Both the position numbers and the translations under genes were made by a program. The notes beneath the pieces are model-generated. The model did no database searches. It was not told the DNA's origin and was given only the letters and a program-made list of their open reading frames with translations. DNA of 61,559 bases, counting the filler. It is 9 parts of 9 records of this genome, joined end to end, with 100 filler letters (N's around TTAATTAATTAA, not from the genome) between each part and the next. Parts side by side here need not be neighbours in the genome. Positions count along the whole stretch, not along the records: positions 49,672 to 54,923 come from SRR31156797_86234; positions 55,024 to 61,559 come from SRR31156797_86329; 7 more parts are not named here. One strand, given 5' to 3'. Within the stretch, counting starts at the first letter, position 1, and every line of letters begins with the position of its first letter. Below are positions 49,672 through 60,344 of this stretch, one piece after another.

Positions 49672-50385
49672 GACCAAACCTCCGAGTTTAAAGGCCGTAT
49701 AGGCGCCCCCATAATCCACACCGGCAGCGTCAATAGTGCCCTTCTGTAACATCTCAGAAATAGCCGGCGCAGGAACCCCAACAGGGGTTGCCCCCAAAGT
49801 ATCGAGGAAGTCCTTTACTCCCGGTGAAGAAAACCGAATACGGAGGCCCTTGAAGTCCTCTACTCCAGCCACCTTGGCCTTCCGTGTGAGGATTTGTTGG
49901 GGTTGAGCCGAAAAAAGGTATAGTACTTTCACTCCCTTGTGCTCGGCTGCGAGATATTTCTGCAACAATTCAGGATCACACAAGGTTTTGGCAGCAATCT
50001 CAGCGCTGCCAGCGACAAAAGGCATCTGGATCAATTCCGTTAGTGGAAACCGGCCTGGTGTAGCACCATGCATAAACCACGCGATATCCGCTACTCCGGT
50101 TCGAACCAGATCGTATTGCCTTTGGGGCGGCCCCATTTGACAGCCATGAAACACATCCACCTGCAATCTTCCCCCTGATTTCTTCTCCAACAACTTGGCC
50201 CAGTTTGTCAGATACTGACACATTTGGTGATTGGGCGAAATGTATGTTGATAATTTCAGCTTGATGGGTTCTGCTGAGGCTTGTTCGGGCAATAAAAAAT
50301 GCACCAACAAGAAATAAACCGCTAGAAAGACAATGGCGCACCAAACGCCTTTTCGATTGCCCATTTGATCTCTTTGTACATCCAT
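49672..50385 (-). CDS. dctP: TRAP transporter substrate-binding protein; 3'-truncated
   Basis: Signal peptide, SGGRL, G.ADI, PGRFPL, DFKGLRIR, LQKGTID. Confidence 0.88.
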
Positions 50386-51028
50386 CCTACACCTCTCCTT
50401 TCATGCAACGGTCTGTTACTTCCCTCGTTATAATGTATCCTTTACTGTTCGGCAAAATAACCCATCAGCCCTATAGGCAATGCTGGGGTTTTGCCATTCG
50501 CTAGCCTATTTCATCAGAGATGCAAGTGTACGCTTACAATAAGCATGCCGGAGATGATCCGGTTTAGTAATCGAAGAAATGTGGTTCAGAGGATTCTCAT
50601 ATGATCAATTTAAGGGGGTCTTTCAGCGAGAATGCTGATATCAAGATTTGTTAATGATTATAATGAATTAACCTGAATACTAACATCTTGAACCGGTTAC
50701 CAGATAAATGTTGTAACCTTGAATGTTAGTGAGGGCTTGAAAGAAACGTGCGAGAAGGCTATTGAGGAATTTTTAAAATTTTAAAAATCCGTTTTTAACT
50801 TTTTGTCATTCAGGAATTTTCGTACTTGAAAAATTGAAAAAAAGGCATTCAGAATTATCCTCCAATTTTTCATCCTGGTCTAAATCTTGTGCACATCTTG
50901 AGGCCTGTAAGGGCCTTTATGGAAAATCAGTCCGTTCATGAGGGCCGTTTCAAAATTCACTTTTTCTTTTGTGTTACTGGTACTGCGATAATAAATCGTC
51001 TTCACAATAAAATGCCTAATCACCCGCG

Positions 51029-51550
51029 TCAAACTTGCCTGAAAGACTTTAAATAACGCCGGGTCAAATCCTGGTAAATGGAGAGCCCTTTTTTGATCTG
51101 GTTCAATTGAGCAGTGCTTAACGCTTTTACCACCACGGCCGGAGAACCCACAACCACGCTACGAGATGGGATTTCACTTTCAAAGGGCACGAAACTCCCG
51201 GCGCCAACCATGCACTCAGGATTAATTTTGACGCCATCGGCAACAATGGCACCCATGCCAATTAAAACATAAGAACCGATCTCACACCCATGCAAAATAG
51301 CCCCGTGCCCCACATGGGAATTGGGGTGAAGAATAACGGATTTTTCGGGAAACGTATGGAACACGCAGTTTTCCTGAACATTGCTTCCTTTACCAATCCT
51401 GATGGACCCGATATCACCCCGCAGCACAGCACCGGCACCCACGTAACATTCTTTATCCACTGTCACATCACCGATCAATACGGCATCCGGATGCACGAAA
51501 GCCTTGGGATCGACCAAAGGGTACTTCTTTTCAAATTTATAAAAAGGCAT
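51029..51550 (-). CDS. Gamma-carbonic anhydrase-like hexapeptide repeat protein (PaaY/CaiE-like)
   Basis: AFVHPDAVLIGDV, LRGD, NVQENCVFH, GHGAILHGC. Confidence 0.88.
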   Translation of the reverse strand: MPFYKFEKKYPLVDPKAFVHPDAVLIGDVTVDKECYVGAGAVLRGDIGSIRIGKGSNVQENCVFHTFPEKSVILHPNSHVGHGAILHGCEIGSYVLIGMGAIVADGVKINPECMVGAGSFVPFESEIPSRSVVVGSPAVVVKALSTAQLNQIKKGLSIYQDLTRRYLKSFRQV

Positions 51551-51711
51551 TTCGACCGCCATTAAATTTATCCACTTTGCAGCTATCCTTATAAATTGTG
51601 CTCGCATTTCTATCATGGTCTCTATTTCCTTTCAAGCACTTCCGCCGTGCCCATGTTAATCTGCGCTATATCGCCGTCGACGGTGGGTTTGTTTATACAC
51701 TTCGGACTCAC

Positions 51712-52449
51712 TCAAACCTTCACCCGTCGCCCCATTTTTTGGTGAAGCGCAAGGCGAATTTCATCCAAAGATGTTTCGGCGAGAAAAAAAATGGTTTGGG
51801 CTTTTCCGATATCATCCGGAAAATGTGCATCCGAAGAGGTGATGCATGTCATGTTTTTTAAATGGGCGATATGGTGTTTGGTTTCTTCGGGTGAGTGTCG
51901 AAAGGAGACCTCAACGCCGTCCAGATCCAGATCCGGTGGAATGAATCCGAGCTGGCTTACGATACTGTATGAAGGGCGATCAATATGAGACGCAATACAA
52001 AGTCCGTTTAATGAATGGGTTTTATGAACGATTTCGCTCAGGCCCAGATCGGCGGCGCCGATCAGAAACCGTCCGTTTTCCGCGATAGGGTTATCCTCTT
52101 TATCCACAACAATCTGATGCCCCCAGGTTTCCGGCTGATTGCGCCCTTTTAAATGTTCATATACAAATGCCTGCATTTCAAATGCATGGCCTATTTTTTC
52201 AAAAACGGAGAGTATGTGAACCTCCTCCTTGGAACAAATCTCCATTCCCGGCAGCACCCATATGCCGCTTTCTTTTCCGGCCTGCATCACGGCAGGTGCA
52301 TTTTCAGCGGAATTGTGGTCGCATACGGCAATGATATCCAGACCCTTTCTTTTACATTGCCGTATGATTCTCCATGGGCTCATCTCCCGATCCGCACAGG
52401 GAGACAGGCATGTGTGCAGGTGCATATCCGCCGTATACCGTTTCAGCAT
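51712..52449 (-). CDS. PHP-domain phosphoesterase
   Basis: DMHLHTCLSPC, CDHN, EEVH, SHIDR, SSDAH. Confidence 0.9.
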   Translation of the reverse strand: MLKRYTADMHLHTCLSPCADREMSPWRIIRQCKRKGLDIIAVCDHNSAENAPAVMQAGKESGIWVLPGMEICSKEEVHILSVFEKIGHAFEMQAFVYEHLKGRNQPETWGHQIVVDKEDNPIAENGRFLIGAADLGLSEIVHKTHSLNGLCIASHIDRPSYSIVSQLGFIPPDLDLDGVEVSFRHSPEETKHHIAHLKNMTCITSSDAHFPDDIGKAQTIFFLAETSLDEIRLALHQKMGRRVKV

Positions 52450-52514
52450 TTGATCAGTCCGTCGCTTCCCTCTTTACCGGACGCTTTTTGAGCCGGAGAA
52501 AGGATATTTATTGC

Positions 52515-53834
52515 CTACACTTCCTTTTTGGTTGCCTTTCGTGCGCGATGCATCAGACAGTCATCAATGGAAGATCTCCCGAAAACGATGTCCTCCGCAA
52601 ATGTTCTGCAATCGGGTGCACCGCAAACAGCGCAATTTTTCCCCTTTATCATTTTTTCCAGTGTTTCGATTTCATTGAGTTCATCAATGGAAAAGGGCGC
52701 CTTGAGCGGATCATACAAATCGGCCAGTTGGTCCACACTTCTCTCGGAAAAAAACCATCGCGCTTCATAACGTTTCAGTATTTTGTGCCGGGGGAGGCGC
52801 CTTCCAAAGCCGAGATCCCTCACCATTTTATGGACGAATGATTTGGCAAGATATTTGTCCGTGGCGATCAGCGGCCCTCCCAGACACCCCTCCGGGCAGG
52901 TTCTGAACTCAACATATTCCATATCCCGAAATAGTCCCATTTCGATTTTTTCAAGATAGTTGATGGTTTCCTTCAGGCCGGAAACCGCAAGCGACCGATC
53001 AATGCGGATACCGGAAACTTCACCTCCCGACATACCCCAGGCAATCCCCGGCGCACAGGGGAATACATTCAAATTATCCCTTTTGAACGGATTCAATTCG
53101 GCATTTCTTATCTTTTCCAGCGCTTTTATCATCTCCGGATAGATATCATTGATACCCAAGGATTGATCGATATACGGAAACTCCTTCAAAGGGGATGCGA
53201 GGTTTTTGAGAATTTTTGACGGGCACGGTGTAACATGATAAACGGTAATCTCTTTTTTTTCCTTTTCCGCGGTCCGTTTCAATTTTTCTTTGGCCTCTTT
53301 GGCAGCCAGGGTAACCGGTCGTTTAATGGGAAGAATGTTGGGAAGCAGGTTGGGAAAGCGAAATGCAATGAGACGGATTACCACGGGGCAGACAGGAGAG
53401 ATCAAAGGCCATGGGGCGCTCCGGTTTTCTCGGTTGCGGATAATAAATTCTTCTGCGGCAAGGTGAAACATCTCAATATAATACGTAATATCTATCACAT
53501 AACGAAACCCTATTTCCTTAACGGCCTGGAGCACATCGTTGGGCATAACACCCGGAAACTGGGAGAAAAGCACCGGGGACGCAATGGCAATGGAATATCT
53601 ATTATTGTCGAAAAAGGATTTAACGGCGGATATATCCGTACTGACGGCACCGGTAGGACAAATTCTGACGCATTCACAGCAGCCGATACACTGTTCCACC
53701 AGATGAATATGATTGTTTTTTTTGATGCGAAGGGCTCTGGTGGGGCACGCCTTGAGGCAGCGGACGCATGAAACACAAAGATCGTCATTAAATCGAACAT
53801 ATTTTTGCGTCGCTTTTCTGTCGGCCAATGTCAT
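52515..53834 (-). CDS. [FeFe]-hydrogenase-like protein (putatively sensory) with 2x[4Fe-4S] and C-terminal FeS domain
   Basis: CVSCVRC..CP and CIGCCEC..CP; H-cluster-like ISPVCP, TPCPSK, EFRTCPEGCLGG; C-terminal CAVCGAPDC...C. Confidence 0.85.
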   Translation of the reverse strand: MTLADRKATQKYVRFNDDLCVSCVRCLKACPTRALRIKKNNHIHLVEQCIGCCECVRICPTGAVSTDISAVKSFFDNNRYSIAIASPVLFSQFPGVMPNDVLQAVKEIGFRYVIDITYYIEMFHLAAEEFIIRNRENRSAPWPLISPVCPVVIRLIAFRFPNLLPNILPIKRPVTLAAKEAKEKLKRTAEKEKKEITVYHVTPCPSKILKNLASPLKEFPYIDQSLGINDIYPEMIKALEKIRNAELNPFKRDNLNVFPCAPGIAWGMSGGEVSGIRIDRSLAVSGLKETINYLEKIEMGLFRDMEYVEFRTCPEGCLGGPLIATDKYLAKSFVHKMVRDLGFGRRLPRHKILKRYEARWFFSERSVDQLADLYDPLKAPFSIDELNEIETLEKMIKGKNCAVCGAPDCRTFAEDIVFGRSSIDDCLMHRARKATKKEV

Positions 53835-54268
53835 TCTCCTTTATCAGGGATGGAAAAGGTCATCTTGACATTCGTCTTTTTCCATTTTTCCGATTGAATG
53901 ACAATTTCATCGGAATTTTTTTTCATGTTCGGCAATCCCATACCGGCGCCGAATCCCATTTCACGATGTTCCTGGGAAGCGGTTGAAAACCCTTTGGTCA
54001 TGGCCATTTCAATATCTTCAATCCCGGGGCCATTGTCGGTAATATTCAAAACAATGGAATTTGGGGTTATTTCAACCGAGAGGGTGCCGTCCCCGCCATG
54101 CATGACCACGTTCATTTCACCTTCATATCCGCATATGGAAACACGCCTTGTGAGTTTGGAATCAACGCTCAGCGATTTAAGGAGGTTTTTGACGTTGATG
54201 GATGCCTCCCCGGCATGCGTAAAATCGAGTCTTCTGATTACATATTTCCTTTTCAGCCTTGTTTTCAT
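53831..54268 (-). CDS. Anti-sigma-factor-type Ser/Thr kinase (GHKL ATPase)
   Basis: YEGEMNVVMH, DNGPGI, GFGAGMGL. Confidence 0.88.
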   Translation of the reverse strand: MKTRLKRKYVIRRLDFTHAGEASINVKNLLKSLSVDSKLTRRVSICGYEGEMNVVMHGGDGTLSVEITPNSIVLNITDNGPGIEDIEMAMTKGFSTASQEHREMGFGAGMGLPNMKKNSDEIVIQSEKWKKTNVKMTFSIPDKGE

Positions 54269-54300
54269 TCAGCGCCTATGAAGAGAACGGACACCCCGTA

Positions 54301-54660
54301 TTAACGGGACCCGTCAAGACCGGTAATCCCTTTGCTGTAGAGTCTGCCGCATGAAACAAACATGGAAAAGGGGCTGGTGAATATGGGAATATTTTCCGCC
54401 TTTGCCAGTTTAATGACATCTTCAGGCGGCGTTTTGCCTCTAACGAATATGACGGCTCCCACAACCGAAATCATGGCGGTCCGGATCACCTGTATATTGG
54501 TAAGCCCCGTCAGGAGCACGCACCCTTCTGAAACCCCTGCCAGAATATCGCTCATCAAATCGCTTGACCCGCCTGTAAAGATCTCTTTGTTCAGATGATC
54601 CTCTATTCCGTCTATTAATGAAGTGGCTTCAAGAACGTTCGCAATATCCGATAGTTTCAT
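54301..54660 (-). CDS. DRTGG-domain protein
   Basis: SDLMSDIL, LLTGL, IFVRGK motifs. Confidence 0.85.
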   Translation of the reverse strand: MKLSDIANVLEATSLIDGIEDHLNKEIFTGGSSDLMSDILAGVSEGCVLLTGLTNIQVIRTAMISVVGAVIFVRGKTPPEDVIKLAKAENIPIFTSPFSMFVSCGRLYSKGITGLDGSR

Positions 54661-55025
54661 GGTATTCGCGCCGTCAAATTTTAAAAAAATTGTACACCAT
54701 AATCAAAGAAGGCCTGAAGCTGAAATGTAGAAATGAGAGGAAAGGTACCAGAATGAGCCCTTTATATTGATGATTGAACCGCAACAGTATAACACCAATA
54801 ACCAACCCCATGCAAGAATTTCATCCGGATACGGTCCATATGATAATATCGGTTATTCCGGGAAACCCCTGCCGAGGGCATCCCCATGTTCCCGGGATTT
54901 TGAAAGCGTAAAGAAAACATTGANNNNNNNNNNNNNNNNNNNNNNNNNNNNNNNNNNNNNNNNNNNNTTAATTAATTAANNNNNNNNNNNNNNNNNNNNN
55001 NNNNNNNNNNNNNNNNNNNNNNNCG

Positions 55026-55727
55026 CTTTTACTGATCCTTGTGAACCTGCTGGGCCTTGTCACCACCTTTTCCAGAAGCGGGGTCCTGGTCCTGTGCCTG
55101 GTGGTAATCATCCTTTTGTTTGAGCACATGACGATCTTCAAGCCCGAGCTCCTTGGCCTGCTGATCTGCGGGGCCGGCATCTGCCTTGTGAGCCTCTACG
55201 TCCTGATTCCGGAAGGGTACCTGGAACGCCAGCTGAGCATGGTCAAACTTGCGGACAAATCCATTGGGCGGCGCACCTCCTACCTTTTTGCCGCCTGGGA
55301 CGCGTTCAAGGAAAATCCCGTGCTGGGCGCGGGACCGGGCACATTCCCTGATATCTACTCCGCCAGCATCCATGGGAAGAAATTTATTAAACAAGGAAAA
55401 ACCCAACGGCGGTTCGCCCACAATACCTACCTGGAAGTACTTGTCGGCAGCGGATTACTGGGCTTGTTCGTGTTTCTCTCTGCAACGGCCACAGCCTTTC
55501 TCAATTTCATAAGGGCTCAAAAGGCCCTGGAATGGGCCGGGAAACGCAAAATGGCGGCCCTGGTCAAAACCTGCCGCGTCTCCCTTACGGCCCTCTGCCT
55601 TTACCTGCTGGTTTTCAGCGAACCCTTTCATAAGCATCTATTGCTCCTGCTGGTCATGTCCCAGGTGGCCTTGAGGAACAGTGACACCCGGAGACCTGGT
55701 GAAAACGAACTGGAGACACGTTTATGA
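55026..55727 (+). CDS. O-antigen ligase/Wzy-like membrane protein; 5'-truncated
   Basis: TFSRSG, R...W....NPVLGAGPGTF, AHNTYLE...GLLG. Confidence 0.85.
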   Translation, partial: LLLILVNLLGLVTTFSRSGVLVLCLVVIILLFEHMTIFKPELLGLLICGAGICLVSLYVLIPEGYLERQLSMVKLADKSIGRRTSYLFAAWDAFKENPVLGAGPGTFPDIYSASIHGKKFIKQGKTQRRFAHNTYLEVLVGSGLLGLFVFLSATATAFLNFIRAQKALEWAGKRKMAALVKTCRVSLTALCLYLLVFSEPFHKHLLLLLVMSQVALRNSDTRRPGENELETRL

Positions 55728-58102
55728 CGATTTTCATTCCGGTCAACCTGCTGCTGTTCATCCTTTCCCTTCTGGGTCTGTTCCCCCTGGTTCTCTATCC
55801 CATGGGGGTGATGATCCTTTCCCGGTTTGCGGGCAAAAAAGAGGAAAGTCACTGGGACCAGCAGCCCCTGGTAAGCCTGGTAGTTCCCGTTCGCAACGGG
55901 GAACGGCTGATCGAAAAGAAGATCCTCAATTCCCTGGCCCTTGAGTATCCGGAAAGGCAACTCGACCTGCTCTTTTTCTCGGACGGATCCACGGACAACA
56001 CCGAAACCATCATCAAAAGCTATGGTAACAGGGGCGTACGGCTGCTGACTTCCAGGACCCACCTTGGAAAAAACCATGCCCTCAACGCCGCCATGCCCCA
56101 TGCCCGGGGGGAGATCATTGTTTTTTCCGATGGGGACGCCCTCCTTGATACCGGCGCCTTGAGAAAACTGGTCCGGCACTTTGGGGACTCCACAGTGGGC
56201 GGGGTTTGCGGACTACGGGTGATCACCAAGGAGGATGCCCCCATCAAGGGGGCCCAGGAAAACTATATCCGGATGGACTCCTGGATCAAACGCCTGGAAA
56301 GCAAACTTGATGGAGGCCTCACCACCAATGACGGCAAACTATATGCCATCCGAAAAGAGCTGTTTTCCCCCATCAAAGAGGGGGTGACCGATGACTTTTT
56401 TGTTGCCCTCTCCATCAAAAGACAGGGCCTGCGCTTTGTTTTTGAACCGGAAGCCAAAGCCGAGATCTGTTTGCCGTCAAGGAGTGCCGGCCATGAAATT
56501 GAGCGGCGGCGGCGCATTGTAACCGGCAGCCTCCAATGCCTCAGCATTCACCGGAAGCTTCTGAACCCTTTCAGGCACGGTGTTTTCGCCTTGGGTCTTC
56601 TCAGCAACAAGGTCTTCAGAAGAGGAATGCCCTTTTTCTTGATCCTCCTTTTTATCACCTCCTTTTTTCTCTCTTCCCTGGGCCCGCGGTTTACCCTCTT
56701 TTTTCTTCTCCAGGCAGGCTTCTATCTTTTCTCTTTTTCCCATGCCCTGGTATGGCAACGGCCCAAGGGACCGGAACCCGTGAAAAAGCTATCATCAAAG
56801 GGATTCTACTTTTGCGTCGGCAACCTGGGCACCCTGCTGGGGGTGCTGGATTTTCTCCTGGGCAGAAGGATCACCCGGTGGAACCCGGTGAAGGGGAATG
56901 CCACCTCCCCTCCCCAGCCCCCCCTGGCGGAACACCGGGAACCCGGCGTTGAAGCGCCTTCCAGAAACAATGGAGTGCGCACACTGGTGGTGGACCTGTC
57001 CACACGGTTCGGGGGCGCCAGTGCCAGGGCCCTGGGATTACTCAAGGCATTCCCAAAGGGAGAAACCGCCCTGGCTGGCCTGAAGGAAAGTCCGGTCATC
57101 ATCCAGGCAAGGGCCCTGGGCATCGAGGTGCATGTGCTGGGTACCCGAAAAACCGATCCGGCCATACTGGCCCGGCTCATCAAAACGATTCGTACCCGCG
57201 GGTTCCATCTCCTGGATTCCCAGAACATTCAGTCAAAAGTCTGGTGCACCCTGGCGGCCATGGGGACCGGAACAGTCCTTGTATCAACCCTGAACTCCTG
57301 GTATGCGTCGGAACTCAAGGGCAGCTTCAAGGGTCATGTATACCAATTGCTCGAGGCCATGACAGCAGGGAGGACCGCCCTGTTCATCGCGGTTTCCCGT
57401 GATATCCGCCGGCGGCTGAAGCAAACGGGAATCCCGCGAAATCGCATTGCCTATATTCCCAACGCGGTTGCCATGGACCCGCCATCGCGATCCCGCTCCC
57501 GGGAATGGTTGAAGAAAAAATTCCATCTGCCGGACCAGTCCTTTGTCTGCTGTGCCGTGGGGAGACTGGTGGAAGCAAAAGGGTTTCACCACCTGATAAA
57601 TGGGTTCGCAAGGCTTACCACCGAAAAGGTCTGCTGCCTGATTGTGGGGGACGGCCCCCTCAGGCCGGCCATACGGTCACAGATACGAACCGCGGGGCTT
57701 GACCACCGTGTCCGCCTTGCCGGCCACCAGGACCGGGAGACGGTGCTTGATATTGTCAACGCATCGGACCTCTTTGTCATGCCCTCCCTGTCCGAAGGCA
57801 CCCCCCTTGCGCTCCTGGAAGCGGCCGCCCTTGGCCGCCCCATCATCGCCAGCCATGTGGGCGGTATTCCCGAAATGCTGACCCACAACACCCATGCCCT
57901 CCTGGTCCCGCCCGGGGATGACCGCCGCCTGGCCCGGGCCATCCGGCATCTGCACGACCACCCCCGGCTGGCCCGGACCCTGGCCGAAAACGCCCGACAC
58001 CATGTGGCCGGCCATTTTGGCATCCAAAACCAGGTGAAGCTGACCCGGCAGGCCTACCACCAGGCCATGGGGATCATGGGAAAGAAAAAACGCGCTGGGT
58101 AG
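55724..58102 (+). CDS. Bifunctional glycosyltransferase: GT2 (membrane-associated) fused to GT4
   Basis: GT2 VPVRN, SDGSTD, FSDGD, TDDF, RRRRI plus TM segments; Pro-rich linker; GT4 VGRL..KG, PSLSEG.P..LLEA, VGGIPE. Confidence 0.88.
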   Translation: MTIFIPVNLLLFILSLLGLFPLVLYPMGVMILSRFAGKKEESHWDQQPLVSLVVPVRNGERLIEKKILNSLALEYPERQLDLLFFSDGSTDNTETIIKSYGNRGVRLLTSRTHLGKNHALNAAMPHARGEIIVFSDGDALLDTGALRKLVRHFGDSTVGGVCGLRVITKEDAPIKGAQENYIRMDSWIKRLESKLDGGLTTNDGKLYAIRKELFSPIKEGVTDDFFVALSIKRQGLRFVFEPEAKAEICLPSRSAGHEIERRRRIVTGSLQCLSIHRKLLNPFRHGVFALGLLSNKVFRRGMPFFLILLFITSFFLSSLGPRFTLFFLLQAGFYLFSFSHALVWQRPKGPEPVKKLSSKGFYFCVGNLGTLLGVLDFLLGRRITRWNPVKGNATSPPQPPLAEHREPGVEAPSRNNGVRTLVVDLSTRFGGASARALGLLKAFPKGETALAGLKESPVIIQARALGIEVHVLGTRKTDPAILARLIKTIRTRGFHLLDSQNIQSKVWCTLAAMGTGTVLVSTLNSWYASELKGSFKGHVYQLLEAMTAGRTALFIAVSRDIRRRLKQTGIPRNRIAYIPNAVAMDPPSRSRSREWLKKKFHLPDQSFVCCAVGRLVEAKGFHHLINGFARLTTEKVCCLIVGDGPLRPAIRSQIRTAGLDHRVRLAGHQDRETVLDIVNASDLFVMPSLSEGTPLALLEAAALGRPIIASHVGGIPEMLTHNTHALLVPPGDDRRLARAIRHLHDHPRLARTLAENARHHVAGHFGIQNQVKLTRQAYHQAMGIMGKKKRAG

Positions 58103-58144
58103 TAAATAATCGGTGCCGATCCTGGAAAACCGGAGATTATCCGG

Positions 58145-59383
58145 TTAGTAAATAACCGGCTCCGATATGGCTTCCTGGCTGACACCGTTATGGTTCACCC
58201 CTGAAACCCCATAGGTATATGCTTCTCCCCTGACCACCCGGGTGTCCAGATACCCCGGTTTTGTCACCCACGGATCAATCATGAGAAATTTAACCCGGGT
58301 GCCGGTTCTCCGTTTGATCCGATAGCGGGTGGCCGTGGGAGAAGCGTTCCAGGTGATCCGGATGCCGTTTTCCACGATTTCCGTCCAAACCGGTTCCGGT
58401 GGTTCGGGCTGGCTGGGGGTTGCCAGGGACAAGACCCGAAAAGAGGAATAAGGAATTTTCCTGACGGTGTATTTATGAATCCCCCCCTTCCAGTTGGCCG
58501 TGCCTTCATATTCCGCATAGATCTTGGGATGCCCGCTGCCGTCAATCAGGATCATGCCATGGGCCTGCAACGCCCGGGCAATTATTTTACCGGCCCTGTC
58601 AAGCCCCCACCGGGTGAAATCGTCATCGGTCAGGGAAGGATCCAGCTGGAGCCTGGCCCCGGCCGGCAGGTAATGATCCAGCCCTTTGCCGTCACTTTTG
58701 GTGGCCGGATAGATAAACAGCTTATTGGGATAATCGAGGCCCAGGGCAATGGCATGGTCAATTCGTCCCTGTGCGATTTCCCAGGGACGTATCAAACCGG
58801 CCAGATAAGGCACCCCCGCCCCCCGGCTTTGGAACCCGGACGGCGGCACGCCGCTCCACCGGGTGTTGTAATGGTAGCCGTTCACCGCCGTCCAGCCGCC
58901 ACCGGTCTTTTTCATCCGCCAGAATCCCCACTCATCCCCTGTCTCAGGGTTCCAGAGAACCATCTGCCCATCCCTTCCCCGTGCCTGCCGTGCATGGGAA
59001 GGAATCGACACCTCCACATGGGGGCGCCGAATCACCTCGAGGCGCTCCCCTTCTCCCGTCACCAGGGAAAACAGCCCTGAAAGACGGACCGTTACAAGGG
59101 GCGTCCGGGGGTCCACCTCGTATACCGGCATGGTATACCGGGTGGGATCCGACCCGAACACCCCATGGAGGGCCATGACAGCGGCCCTGCTGTTGGGATC
59201 ATAGACCGGTGCGGGCCCGATCTTCAGATTCCACGGGCTATCCGGCCCATAGGGCGGCTGCCGGGAAACATGGGTCCCGGGCCCGTCCGTCCGGGCAATA
59301 CTTTCCGTAGGGTTCGGGCAAACGCTTGCCTGGCTGGCACACACCACCAGGAGACAGATCATTGCTGCTTTTTTCATCCGCAC
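58145..59383 (-). CDS. Secreted protein of unknown function with C-terminal FN3 domain
   Basis: Signal-like N-terminus; C-terminal P.PP...ITWN...YRI.R...YLD...YTY.VS.VN FN3 pattern. Confidence 0.75.
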   Translation of the reverse strand: MRMKKAAMICLLVVCASQASVCPNPTESIARTDGPGTHVSRQPPYGPDSPWNLKIGPAPVYDPNSRAAVMALHGVFGSDPTRYTMPVYEVDPRTPLVTVRLSGLFSLVTGEGERLEVIRRPHVEVSIPSHARQARGRDGQMVLWNPETGDEWGFWRMKKTGGGWTAVNGYHYNTRWSGVPPSGFQSRGAGVPYLAGLIRPWEIAQGRIDHAIALGLDYPNKLFIYPATKSDGKGLDHYLPAGARLQLDPSLTDDDFTRWGLDRAGKIIARALQAHGMILIDGSGHPKIYAEYEGTANWKGGIHKYTVRKIPYSSFRVLSLATPSQPEPPEPVWTEIVENGIRITWNASPTATRYRIKRRTGTRVKFLMIDPWVTKPGYLDTRVVRGEAYTYGVSGVNHNGVSQEAISEPVIY

Positions 59384-59405
59384 CGACCGCCTTTGAAAAA
59401 CAGGG

Positions 59406-60344
59406 TTATGGCTTGACTAGCACCCGCCGGGCCATGATATCACGAACACCGTCCAATATCCCCAGCACATGCCTGGCGTTTTCTTTTTTCCAGGACAGAT
59501 AGAAAATTATCGTCCGGATAATAAGATATCCCGCCAGGGAATAGCCGAATAAAATCCACTGCCACGGTGTTTCCCGCACATGGTCCCGGAAGAAAAGATA
59601 TCTGCCCAGCACAAACTTGCGTGCGTACACCCGTTTATCCGGCCTCATTTCAGGGGATTCCAGATGGATCAGGGTTGCTTTCTTGTTTAACACAAGCCGG
59701 TACCGTTGGGACACCTGATAGGAAAAGTCCTTGTCCTCTCCCAATCCATAGGCCCGATACCGGTCCGTAAACCGGAATTCCTCAAAGATCTCTTTCCGGA
59801 AGGACATGACACCGCCGGACAGGAAATCAACATTTTTCAGATCCGGCTCCCCCGATTTTCCAGGATAAAAATCCGTGAAAAATCCCGATGGCAGCACCCG
59901 TCCTTCCGCCACGCCGGATATCATAAACGCGATTTCAACCCCTTTTCTCAACCAGCGGGCCGGGGTCAGGGGCTTCAAATTGCTGATCCCCCCGCCCACC
60001 CCGCCGATCTCCCTATGGACGTCGCTCTCATACACACGGAGAATTTCCGCAATGTAGTTTTTTGACAGGATCACGTCGTCATCAAGAAAAAAAATAATCT
60101 CACCGTTTGCCAGCCGGAGACCGGCGTTTCTCGATTCCGTGAGGCCCGGCACCTCTTTTTTGAGATATCGGCACAGTATGCCGGCCTGTTGACACGCCCC
60201 TTCCAGGGGAATGCCGTCCAGATTGCCGTCATCCACCACAATCACCTCATGGGGTGTCACGCTCTGATCCAAAATGGACCGCATACAGTCCTTGAGCTGC
60301 CCGGGCCGGTTGTAGGTAGGAATGATCAAAGTTGTTCCAGGCAT
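59406..60344 (-). CDS. Glycosyltransferase family 2
   Basis: IIPTYNR, VVDDG, RNAG, FLDDD, GEDKD. Confidence 0.92.
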   Translation of the reverse strand: MPGTTLIIPTYNRPGQLKDCMRSILDQSVTPHEVIVVDDGNLDGIPLEGACQQAGILCRYLKKEVPGLTESRNAGLRLANGEIIFFLDDDVILSKNYIAEILRVYESDVHREIGGVGGGISNLKPLTPARWLRKGVEIAFMISGVAEGRVLPSGFFTDFYPGKSGEPDLKNVDFLSGGVMSFRKEIFEEFRFTDRYRAYGLGEDKDFSYQVSQRYRLVLNKKATLIHLESPEMRPDKRVYARKFVLGRYLFFRDHVRETPWQWILFGYSLAGYLIIRTIIFYLSWKKENARHVLGILDGVRDIMARRVLVKP

